Origin: an uncultured virus (IMG/VR IMGVR_UViG_3300045391_007423)
Taxonomy: Duplodnaviria > Heunggongvirae > Uroviricota > Caudoviricetes
Direction: 5' to 3' (one strand)
Virus record (IMG/VR): IMGVR_UViG_3300045391_007423
DNA: 20,442 nt
The notes beneath the pieces are model-generated. The model saw only the letters and a program-made list of their open reading frames with translations. It did no database searches and was not told where the DNA came from. Position numbers and translations under genes: made by a program. Below are positions 17,001-20,442 of this stretch, piece after piece (the stretch's first letter is position 1; every line of letters starts with the position of its first letter).

Positions 17001-18504
17001 ACAATCCTGGTGGGATGCCACGATCGGCGGATTTTTCAGCAAGACACTGCCTGGTCTCTGGAATAGTACGGCTGGTACCTTCTTTGGAAAAACATTTCCA
17101 GGATGGCTCTCAGCGCTCAACAATGACTGGAATTCGATGTGGGGGAATGTTGGTGCCGGCTGGAATACCTTCTTTAAGAAAACACTCCCCGGCTGGACAT
17201 CGGCGCTCAGCAATGATTGGAACAAAATGTGGGGGAATGTTGGTGCTGGCTGGAATACCTTCTTTGAAAAGACCGTTCCTGGCTGGGGATTAGCAATAGA
17301 AAAAGGATGGAATGCTCTTTGGACTGGTATTGATAATTATTGGAACACCTTCTTTGGGAAAACAGTACCCGGCTGGGGATTAGTAATAGAAAAAGGATGG
17401 AATAATTTTTGGAGTGGTATAAGTACAAACTGGAATAAATTCTGGTCTGATCGTGGAAATGACTGGAATAAATGGTGGACGACCGCTGGCAAATGGTTTG
17501 CCAGCATTCCTGGAGATATTTCCACCTTCTTTACCAAGACCCTGCCAGATGAACTGAAAAAAGTGCTCAGTAATATTCCAGTCGTTGGTGGTCTCGTGAG
17601 TGGTGGAAGTGCCCCACCAACAGGAACAGGCAACGCACCAGGGCATCCTGGGTTCACAGTCACCCATGTAAACCAGGAATTTGGCGTGATGAATGCCCAG
17701 CGTGGCTATCATGCAGGTGTTGATCTGGCTGCCAGTCAGGGTTCTCCGCTAGGAGAGATGATTGGGGGAGAAGTCACAGCGGTTGGCTGGCATCCCTGGG
17801 GAGGTGAAGTTGATGTTGCTATCCCAGGTGGCATGATTGAACGGTATGTCCACCTCTCTGGCTTTGGGGTGAAACCCGGTGATGTCGTCAAGCAAGGTGA
17901 TTTTATTGGCCTCTCTGGTGGAGGCACCCCTCAATCTGGACTGGGCTATTATAGCGATGGGCCTCACTTACATATAGAATATGATGCCGGGCAGCTCTAT
18001 GGAACAGCCGTTTCTCCCTGGAATGTCTGGGCCGCCTTTAGTGACTACAACATTGCGAAATGGATTGATGGCTCCTATCCAAAGGCAAAGGCAGAGCAGG
18101 GAGGTCAGAGTGGCGCTGGTAGCCCAACGAGAATGCAACAGTATCTGGCGACAGGCGCAGCCCCAACACGTGAGGCACAACCTCTGCGTGGACATCTGGC
18201 AACAGGTGGTATCGTTAATAAGCGCTCTCGTGTTGAGCTAGGTGAGCAAGAGCCAGAGGCTGTTATTCCGCTTTCAAAGCTCGCTGATGTTATGAATAAA
18301 TTGCCGATTGGTCTGGGTGGGAGTGGTACCAGTAGCTCAACGAACAACAGTAAGAGCATCGTCATTCAGAATCTCATTGGCTCTCTCACTATACAGACCA
18401 ATGGGGGCGGATCACTTTCAGAGACAGAGCAAGATGAGATTATGGCTCAACTCCTGGATCTTATCTCAGCGGCAGCGCAATCCCTCATGGGCAAACTTCA
18501 GTAA
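5041..18504 (+). CDS. Giant tape measure protein (~4,490 aa) with two N-terminal UvrD/PcrA-like SF1 helicase domains and a C-terminal M23 peptidase
   Basis: Uninterrupted 13.5-kb ORF between the chaperones and a distal-tail-like gene. AGAGGA RBS before the ATG at 5041 (5020, 5035 and 5128 are alternative starts). Tape measure hallmarks lie in the last ~1,400 aa, and two full sets of SF1 motifs lie upstream. Confidence 0.85.
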   Translation: MTTTPRHHHSAHQAHTIFTPTTTAVEKAAMQNEPHRPPTDPVLRFREGSGTWGPRTALPMVDPEKVKQLEAKAASLQTPTPSHVTMQSHALPTVTRADGTLEPMIQPANYASHADYQRMQRLYEQHASMQNIAAGATPYTEILKEQQFNAPLRTGELPYDKIKQIAAKSEQWVHAGSIERKQIAAEIKALAYGDQTPGSENFSLAPQQEQLQTRSQYLAKQEAARQQIEQWYEQTARNISQYIGRPFTASDLRALIPNLSFEQIQAVTSPNNYTISFAGPGAGKTTMMMAQYVNAVFNQGADPLDWTILSKTRSAVGALEDMIKKLTPILPELSAVPQDQLIFPGMTEEERLAKRQRMFQTLDTFSIRSLIHPDAQGVRPIRRLTGNDALNMLPIAKGDDASSTRDYLEKVIRNQGKSTRYNDPNVLDEYISETKGGYQPLYNERMARGASIHEAGDWDVRQQLDPDHVLYLYEKALAHAPGFEMPDQQGPLRDLHDMNILFREAAEKGMLPQMGNYMVDEVQDSSVPQIMGLRRLSSAKKRGYFGGDMGQQVVPHQYRIDQVLSHMFKNAASTHTLTGNNRSGANIVAQINAINASAALNGTGKSPMQVAAQDISSLPPTYSMQQDVPATYRQMIADWMKVMRTSPQHIQARMDTREPGEPLFHQGMVQPQRAPFVFQMGKQGRNVFLNEILPQELRRGGMDEEHIGRFLREHVTNETPRDENSDKLHALMIQQVRSRSTDLTFADATRGGMWDTTGYIRNMYTMLSRARIQNRIYASATNFPYSRQHNVDPVELGSFLLPPGFDAWTQGMAEDLVSRQGLSRQDLKPQLQDLLDLPPVFHHVPPKQVAQGAVTQAYTDRVLDMLPVYQAQVGEGSGITQDLQRRPGRNTEDEENPDLDDGLSTKGYISASVVSGQTRRAGDHFQMELIRNKIEDLARNGSQEAIPEFSDFFRDARAMSQTVNRRQRYMPMLVAPDSDLSLPDYTQLAERTSAVIPETDNSQKDFAPRDHGSYQGADFLKIRQNMRDLLKKSPDFYLGDQQLSATSQQFYNHPDLLNMLRQKMMQRTDPRAQDLLKRLNVAQRATPVIKKWQAELDDLQRGTFLYNRKDEAGEKISVPPEVTELNNAIGKIQAAEQSKGRIPDLSQAELEAYQTMLAQRVQKYYSPEQQQRHDQLTAHLAHAGGQSAQQLVSRIIHPTINQYDPDQKQMQQVPSPHYDSELSRFARYKATQLMVNAKMTPAMLQMLANRGLSLMPGIDNPDARKHLLDIIHSFQGGREALLGSGIDQEGIALNDDMLQGLPLQEQKLLQQMFSTGAGGYRSLGSDDATTAINQLVTERGKVTRFSTDDPAIPMQFSHLAPALTAIQGYASSLEGNVRGTEGGIADPDAVRALPSQAEVTRLQGITGSDATDYHRLKELADEPISDEDFQFHSLGSATPLSTLETRYTDMLGLGRAHQSGNALLGNASPDAREYLTTISNRLDTVQRIRQAMQNPDNHLRWAQTLRVVQRATTGEDVSNRGLPPEGLSPKEQKAWINAPENRDPVRTLFEKRTNDLSGGTRTMDSLIEFISAMNQASEHIEKTGTIRRAHLDRVLGALHQDPNDPAYTMLRQLEQQAGFSTGRRSKDRHTEIPLSAITANSPAGDRGNAAAQLTRVPLLPGREYRFRGGRKGYDDLTYTQNQLFGKGKQISASTHLVGTLHPFVSDGKEIPFGLAQSLATHRKHYMLSSQETKAYDSASPDMPLRPLLEFRTQHEGQSVSFPVHPGQLEMIPTDRSSQAQAQQQEAQRWQQVAEINRQREGGESDERIAKAQAAAQQARQKRISDMQANREHFIRRKRNEGLALLKKGSIPARPFQGFSGGYSPLAALQERLAALPPTVVRPPRPGFDPSRPKSQDMYETQGYDLSTLPERPARSEQGLGRIDPNTVFRYLLQYQWRNRGNPVPNFSLDTLLSSSFSPSLETTPLTDYQPVPDHTLGLYQSVPAPQLPLSAYQPVPAYSLGLYQSVPASVQRPAPEPPTRPWYNEPGMLLPDDDDLESLMANAPTLERGKGLSSFALSSLLPSRDQVAPLSPPTTAALQFSQIQQQYPDSWYPAHIRSIPSRLGYGEGNYTPLLLPQTIASQNYPDRGNGIYRGKGFKFYRGAETPGDLAGPGGFVMQGLPFDPLAGPAEGVPAVIPLGAHQEPVPPLGLPAGPQPAALLPQRAPGLAQNRQDALGALRLLTTMPRTMQTATVRLARNQMTRPNPMPSLPPIQRPPLMLPSPGRAENRRLRARGLNQAQHFLRVTQPVEIAGSNTAASAKTIRFHPLSSDQRQAIDDPAYHHIFQGGPGAGKSDILSSKLLDMFSKGTIHPSTVVSTSPMHSGVSELNARYERNIRPLLPNHGYSLPAPRTLHSLASSIVFPHGTPSPHLSAIGRGNVTGILANPTEEELSLLGPKEQDEERDKQYRFLRQTLISTFPHEANLPKSNQELQYALNDIGNVKLNRYMPGSDYDERMARGQQDITAGNYTENGRLAAYETQMQQQGYVDFNDLPAMAQQLIGHTGVQGLPAYLQSMRGMVVDEGQDLVPAFQKLLQSILSVLPQSPHMLVSLDPMQQIVPGAIPAEKVIPTYHQMMQSTGQGIAHHQLNENYRSDQETIAFNNAILRTKAMANDQGKSPLQRPPDHMPIARGRPPEFLLAKSQPAVYQKAFSKMLDLSGVDPARMKQNIEQGQHPFEGVDWSQPGMTKPGDIVAQFPMPAEREVFEHVAPDVLQNRLGVNQMQARSAFQQMYRAGIPGKDSRKDEQELFANRGAFRGLTVGQSRGLDARYVMSDVGRVGQWINNENESSHLRNLFIEGSRTQHGGQNFFMAASNPFNKSQMQSFVRGTPFVDDGETVKLGGKSILPKNTTVFEHYQGQTVPNGFKEILGLKDQELQGFTKQGQPSPSPQPSPSLTTPTIVDSTLAPSPPSSSSTSGGQQIDTTQPITIHGKDIVVNQSGGMSLAVPSSQALPSPAPANPTSSFSATPPSGWGGGPLSGKQIYDQITNPTGTSPSSPSSGQGSSRSTGRGGGSRSGSGGGLVSVGNSSGGNAGDIFINATGGGGSRSGGGGGGNKFASTISNLGRTAARIGSEMQFVGQLFTTMTGGAVTQGSQYRRATVPMTGGDGTSGFFNYMQGQQGIAAYQSGTLPMYSDTQIAQNMQAMLGMTNARFSGQQTLGPLTDMLGISAMTGIDPTQLMQQMTYATSYTSQSPQSNLTNTQHLSGMLGSLYGNNLTATNVTNTLGALDNSLPTLQGISPSSSDNQTAQLMSIFKLALGSGMSDSSLGNVSTTVNSLAQMGSAPNLQQQYALSNLFGSQNMTANPDLVSFNTGQHQRQEQLQELDLQQNIGNGLSLPNLQIQISQATISMDKAQLDLSSFQQQENVAQYGASQYQYQIDQAQYQASQFQQQYATAQYNAAAFNQQYNQAQFNQNQYMQNQLYGPIGADASRTSYYNWLQNQQATQYNGLSPESATQLQPSQTFGLKNEEFYSSMENQRSQLVLNRSPLLSDAAFQNQMKNIDQQENFYKQEIDLQNQQRAFDKDWQQKQLDVQNNLLTYQKKQLSISQNLLDMQGKYLSMQGNLLTMQGKQITLQGNVLDIQKSQFGLQQEEASYEQQELTLQNTYLPTETSDIAAMSVALQQQIQGEGPVNGGMVQPDQIIQALAGQKLSDKSLRAEVNTFGLPPDQRDTLVKLVEELQKNGGNMADVEKQLNSSSDKGLNADLQNMIKQGAFQDLTHTASASNASLDFAGVGANWQKLIGYEQSIDTSLKSIASFFNSRSPLLLFIGEIGNILGPLFMIMATIMNSLGFFSSLFGGGAGAAGAGTAGLGATALGAFGLAGGVGVGMIANLINGWTQWTPQSGINDQQQQGNFWNVVNPFQGMYDSSAGMKTWWQAWNDPAYADKAYGKGTGNIVKGVDNTLGGWGQDWNNAWNPNYWNKQQQPATSAAPSAPVNRLAGLAGNASSSVPPQSWWDATIGGFFSKTLPGLWNSTAGTFFGKTFPGWLSALNNDWNSMWGNVGAGWNTFFKKTLPGWTSALSNDWNKMWGNVGAGWNTFFEKTVPGWGLAIEKGWNALWTGIDNYWNTFFGKTVPGWGLVIEKGWNNFWSGISTNWNKFWSDRGNDWNKWWTTAGKWFASIPGDISTFFTKTLPDELKKVLSNIPVVGGLVSGGSAPPTGTGNAPGHPGFTVTHVNQEFGVMNAQRGYHAGVDLAASQGSPLGEMIGGEVTAVGWHPWGGEVDVAIPGGMIERYVHLSGFGVKPGDVVKQGDFIGLSGGGTPQSGLGYYSDGPHLHIEYDAGQLYGTAVSPWNVWAAFSDYNIAKWIDGSYPKAKAEQGGQSGAGSPTRMQQYLATGAAPTREAQPLRGHLATGGIVNKRSRVELGEQEPEAVIPLSKLADVMNKLPIGLGGSGTSSSTNNSKSIVIQNLIGSLTIQTNGGGSLSETEQDEIMAQLLDLISAAAQSLMGKLQ
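5815..7383 (+). other. SF1 (UvrD/Rep/PcrA-like) helicase domain 1 within the giant ORF
   Basis: Q motif LSFEQIQAV; motif I GPGAGKTT (5875-5898); Ia ILSKTRSAV; Ib TLDTFS; II VDEVQD (6595-6612); III GDMGQQ (6679-6696); IV LTGNNRS (6769-6789); V-like LMIQQVRS; VI RNMYTMLSRAR (7321-7353). Confidence 0.85.
10930..11064 (+). repeat. Intragenic tandem repeat with a 72-bp (24-aa) period, about two copies
   Basis: PLTDYQPVPDHTLGLYQSVPAPQL / PLSAYQPVPAYSLGLYQSVPA; TGGGACTCTACCAGAG recurs 72 bp apart. Confidence 0.8.
11959..13590 (+). other. SF1 (UvrD/Rep/PcrA-like) helicase domain 2 within the giant ORF
   Basis: Q motif LSSDQRQAI; motif I GPGAGKS (12019-12039); Ib RTLHSLA; YVDFNDL; II VDEGQD (12715-12732); III LDPMQQI; IV LNENYRS (12916-12936); V LTVGQSRGLD (13426-13455); VI RNLFIEGSRTQ (13528-13560). 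Confidence 0.87.
13795..14310 (+). other. Pro/Ser/Gly low-complexity linker between the helicase part and the tape measure part
   Basis: QPSPSPQPSPS (16-bp repeat at 13801 and 13819), PSSSSSTSGG, GRGGGSRSGSGGG, GGGGSRSGGGGGG. Confidence 0.75.
15730..15897 (+). repeat. Four 42-bp (14-aa, double-heptad) coiled-coil repeats in the Gln-rich tape measure segment
   Basis: KQLDVQNNLLTYQK / KQLSISQNLLDMQG / KYLSMQGNLLTMQG / KQITLQGNVLDIQK. Confidence 0.75.
17080..17439 (+). repeat. Four 90-bp (30-aa) Trp/Phe-rich tape measure repeats in AABB order
   Basis: Units start at 17080, 17170, 17260 and 17350, each FFxKTxPGW...W...W......WN(T/K). Units 1 and 2 share SALxNDWNxMWGNVGAG; units 3 and 4 share GLxIEKGWN. 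Confidence 0.88.
17695..18030 (+). other. Peptidase M23 (LytM/lysostaphin-type) domain near the tape measure C-terminus
   Basis: HAGVD (HxxxD, 17710-17724), YVHLS, VKPGDVVKQGDFIGLSG and GPHLHIE (HxH, 17965-17973): all zinc ligands are present. Confidence 0.92.
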
Positions 18505-18539
18505 TAGAGCAGAAGAAGAAGAAACAGTGAAGGAAAAAG

Positions 18540-19079
18540 ATGAGTGTGACGTATGTACCGGGTCCATTGGTTCCCTTTGGTATCGGAACCTATCAATCAG
18601 TGAGTGGTGGGACCACGATCGGGGCAGGCTTTCCTACAACCGCCTTTAGCCTGACGCATCCCTATGCAGGCACGTATGGAGGAACGATGGGCTATCTCCT
18701 GGATCTCACGATCCGCACTCCAGCCCAGGTGCAATATACGCCAGCTTTGGAAGTAGGGCTTGACGGCTATGGCGCATCTGTTGTGCGATCCTATCCCTCG
18801 ATGGTCTGGTCCTATTCAACGCTTCGACCAGACTACTGGTATTACCTCATGCAACTCTATCGGCAGTCCGTCTATACCCCTCCTGGCTTTCAATATCTGG
18901 TATTACTGCAATATGCTGATCCGGCAGGCAGTGGTACCGCCATCCAGCAACTGGCCCGGATGGACCCACCTGTCGTCGGTCAGCGAACAAGCTCGGTCTA
19001 TCAGAACATTCAGCTCAAGTTTACCTATATCGGGCAGGCGCAACTTGACGCTGGCACCCCGATCCTTCTTCACACATAA
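18540..19079 (+). CDS. Probable distal tail (Dit/gpM-like) protein, 179 aa
   Basis: AAGGA RBS, 35 bp after the tape measure stop. Size and Tyr/Gly-rich beta character fit a Dit. The function is inferred mainly from position. Confidence 0.55.
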   Translation: MSVTYVPGPLVPFGIGTYQSVSGGTTIGAGFPTTAFSLTHPYAGTYGGTMGYLLDLTIRTPAQVQYTPALEVGLDGYGASVVRSYPSMVWSYSTLRPDYWYYLMQLYRQSVYTPPGFQYLVLLQYADPAGSGTAIQQLARMDPPVVGQRTSSVYQNIQLKFTYIGQAQLDAGTPILLHT

Positions 19080-19237
19080 ATGCTTTTCTTTCTCAGTGTT
19101 TTCTTGGAGCAATGAGGATGAAAGTGGCATCGCTGCACACAGACAGGATAGGATGAAAAAAAGAGAGGGAATCCGTTTCCAGTCCATTGCTGCTCGCTTG
19201 ATATCAGATAATGATATCCCCTCAGAACAGCAATGTC

Positions 19238-19379
19238 TCTGGTGGTATCTGTTTTATGATCCACCAGAAACGATATTTGTTAAAATGTTGCGGAGTCTGG
19301 TCAGCTTTGCAACATTTTAATGAGTATTTAGCCTCTGACTGGATCACGCCAGTGCTGATCTGGGAACCTTTCCAGATCA
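19238..19379. other. Four consecutive hairpins between convergent genes (terminator or structured RNA candidate)
   Basis: TCTGGTGG/CCACCAGA (19238-19268); perfect 12-bp TTAAAATGTTGC/GCAACATTTTAA (19280-19320); ACTGG/CCAGT (19338-19353); TGATCTGG/CCAGATCA (19356-19379). Confidence 0.55.
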
Positions 19380-19417
19380 AGACGGATGCCTCTCTTTCCT
19401 CTCCTTCTCTCTCGTAT

Positions 19418-20365
19418 TTATTTTAAGGCAAGGGCAATAAATTCATTGAGTCCCCATGCCCCACTAAAATCTTTCTCTTCAAATGCCTTGATCATTTGTT
19501 CTGCTCGCGTATCATAGTACTCTGCTGTGGTTACATGATAGGCCAGTGTGAGTGGTCGAAGCGTACGGATGAGCAGTTGAAGGTTCTGTATCACCGTACT
19601 GTGCTCTGGTTCAACACCAGAGGAAAAATCAATGAATTTTGCTTTCTGTTCTACTAAGGTGAAGGGACTTTCTCGAAAGAAACGAAAAAGTGCCGGGACC
19701 AGTGCCGTTTCATATTCAGAAAAGGTACGACCAGCGAGCCAGAGCGCTTTATGTTGAATCTCGCTCAGTTCATGTGCTACCGGACAATGTTCGTAGAGCA
19801 TCGTTGCCTGCTCGATGATTCTGAGGACTCCACCGGGCTTGAGAATACGATAGCATTCTTGCAGCAGTGAGGGCCAGCAGGACTTTGGCATTGCGGCAAA
19901 AATGAGACGAATAAACATATAATCTGCCGAATTATCATCAATATCAAGCGTGACGCGCATTGATTGATCGGGTAGACGCTCAATGATATTCATTTCAGCA
20001 AACTCAACATTGTTGTAATTTCGGGCCAGTTCCTGACAATAGGCAATTGCCTCTCTGTTAATGTCATATCCCTTCAGTTGAATATGCGAATAGTCCTTTT
20101 GAAACTCCTTCGCTAGCGCAAGGATATAACCACCTGTGCCACAGGCAATATCAAGGACAACCTGTGGATCTTCCTTTGCGCTTTTCAGCCTCGGTACAAA
20201 CTGTGATGGAAGATGGTCAAAGCGGGGTGTAAGAAAGAGGTCCTGCATATTCAGTCGCTGTCGTTCCAGTCCTGCATTCAGTTTACCCGCGACAGGAATA
20301 ACATAGGAGATATCCTCTTCACCCTGAATCTGCCGATGTACTTCTTCATTGTGATCGAAATCCAT
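19418..20365 (-). CDS. Class I SAM-dependent methyltransferase, LaeA-like family (315 aa)
   Basis: Motif I VLDIACGTG, GYDIN, DYMFIR...WPSLLQECYRILKPGG, and an N-terminal YVIP...ERQRLNMQD segment. AGGGGGG RBS. Confidence 0.88.
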   Translation of the reverse strand: MDFDHNEEVHRQIQGEEDISYVIPVAGKLNAGLERQRLNMQDLFLTPRFDHLPSQFVPRLKSAKEDPQVVLDIACGTGGYILALAKEFQKDYSHIQLKGYDINREAIAYCQELARNYNNVEFAEMNIIERLPDQSMRVTLDIDDNSADYMFIRLIFAAMPKSCWPSLLQECYRILKPGGVLRIIEQATMLYEHCPVAHELSEIQHKALWLAGRTFSEYETALVPALFRFFRESPFTLVEQKAKFIDFSSGVEPEHSTVIQNLQLLIRTLRPLTLAYHVTTAEYYDTRAEQMIKAFEEKDFSGAWGLNEFIALALK

Positions 20366-20442
20366 GAAATGTCCCCCCCTATTCTTGTATATCCTTAGTA
20401 TACTCGTGGAATACGTTGTTCGCTACCTCTTGCAACTCTTCA

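Larger units (their letters stand above)
1..19079 (+). mobile_element. Phage/prophage non-contractile tail morphogenesis module (element boundaries not in the window)
   Basis: Gene order is tail tube, frameshifted chaperone pair, tape measure with M23 domain, then a distal-tail-sized gene, which is the canonical siphovirus order. No sheath, integrase or att site is visible. Confidence 0.85.

Noticed and set aside
17080..17439. 90-bp repeats as a CRISPR array or DGR template/variable pair
   Set aside because: They are in-frame coding repeats with no unique spacers, and no cas or reverse transcriptase gene is in the window.
5369..18365. Dozens of 60-180 aa ORFs overlapping the giant gene on both strands
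   Set aside because: They are shadow frames of a long coding region, with no recognisable motifs.
576..19079. Contractile injection system, R-type tailocin or T6SS
   Set aside because: No sheath, baseplate wedge or spike gene is visible. The G/GT frameshift and long tape measure point to a non-contractile tail. An F-type tailocin or gene transfer agent cannot be excluded without flanking sequence.
18760..19426. ORFs 18760-19320, 18903-19187, 19070-19264 and 19211-19426
   Set aside because: They overlap the Dit-like gene or the hairpin-rich gap and show no protein-like features.

Overview
This window is a siphovirus-type tail morphogenesis module from a phage or prophage. On the + strand it holds the 3' end of a glycosyltransferase-like gene, a major tail tube gene, and a tail assembly chaperone pair joined by a clear -1 frameshift site (A AAA AAC). 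These are followed by a giant ~4,490-aa ORF in the tape-measure position and a probable distal tail gene. The giant protein is the main finding. Its C-terminal ~1,400 aa look like an ordinary tape measure protein (helical and Gln-rich repeats, hydrophobic segment, Trp repeats, M23 peptidase, GEx2PE motif). Its N-terminal ~2,900 aa contain two separate, paralogous UvrD/PcrA-like superfamily-1 helicase cores, joined to the tape measure part by a Pro/Ser/Gly linker. A ~2.3-kb block of five small minus-strand genes interrupts the usual chaperone-tape measure junction; it includes a Xis/MerR-like HTH gene, two pairs of direct repeats, a terminator on one side and a long hairpin on the other. The window ends with a convergent LaeA-like class I SAM methyltransferase. 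All family calls come from reading motifs by eye; no database searches were run.
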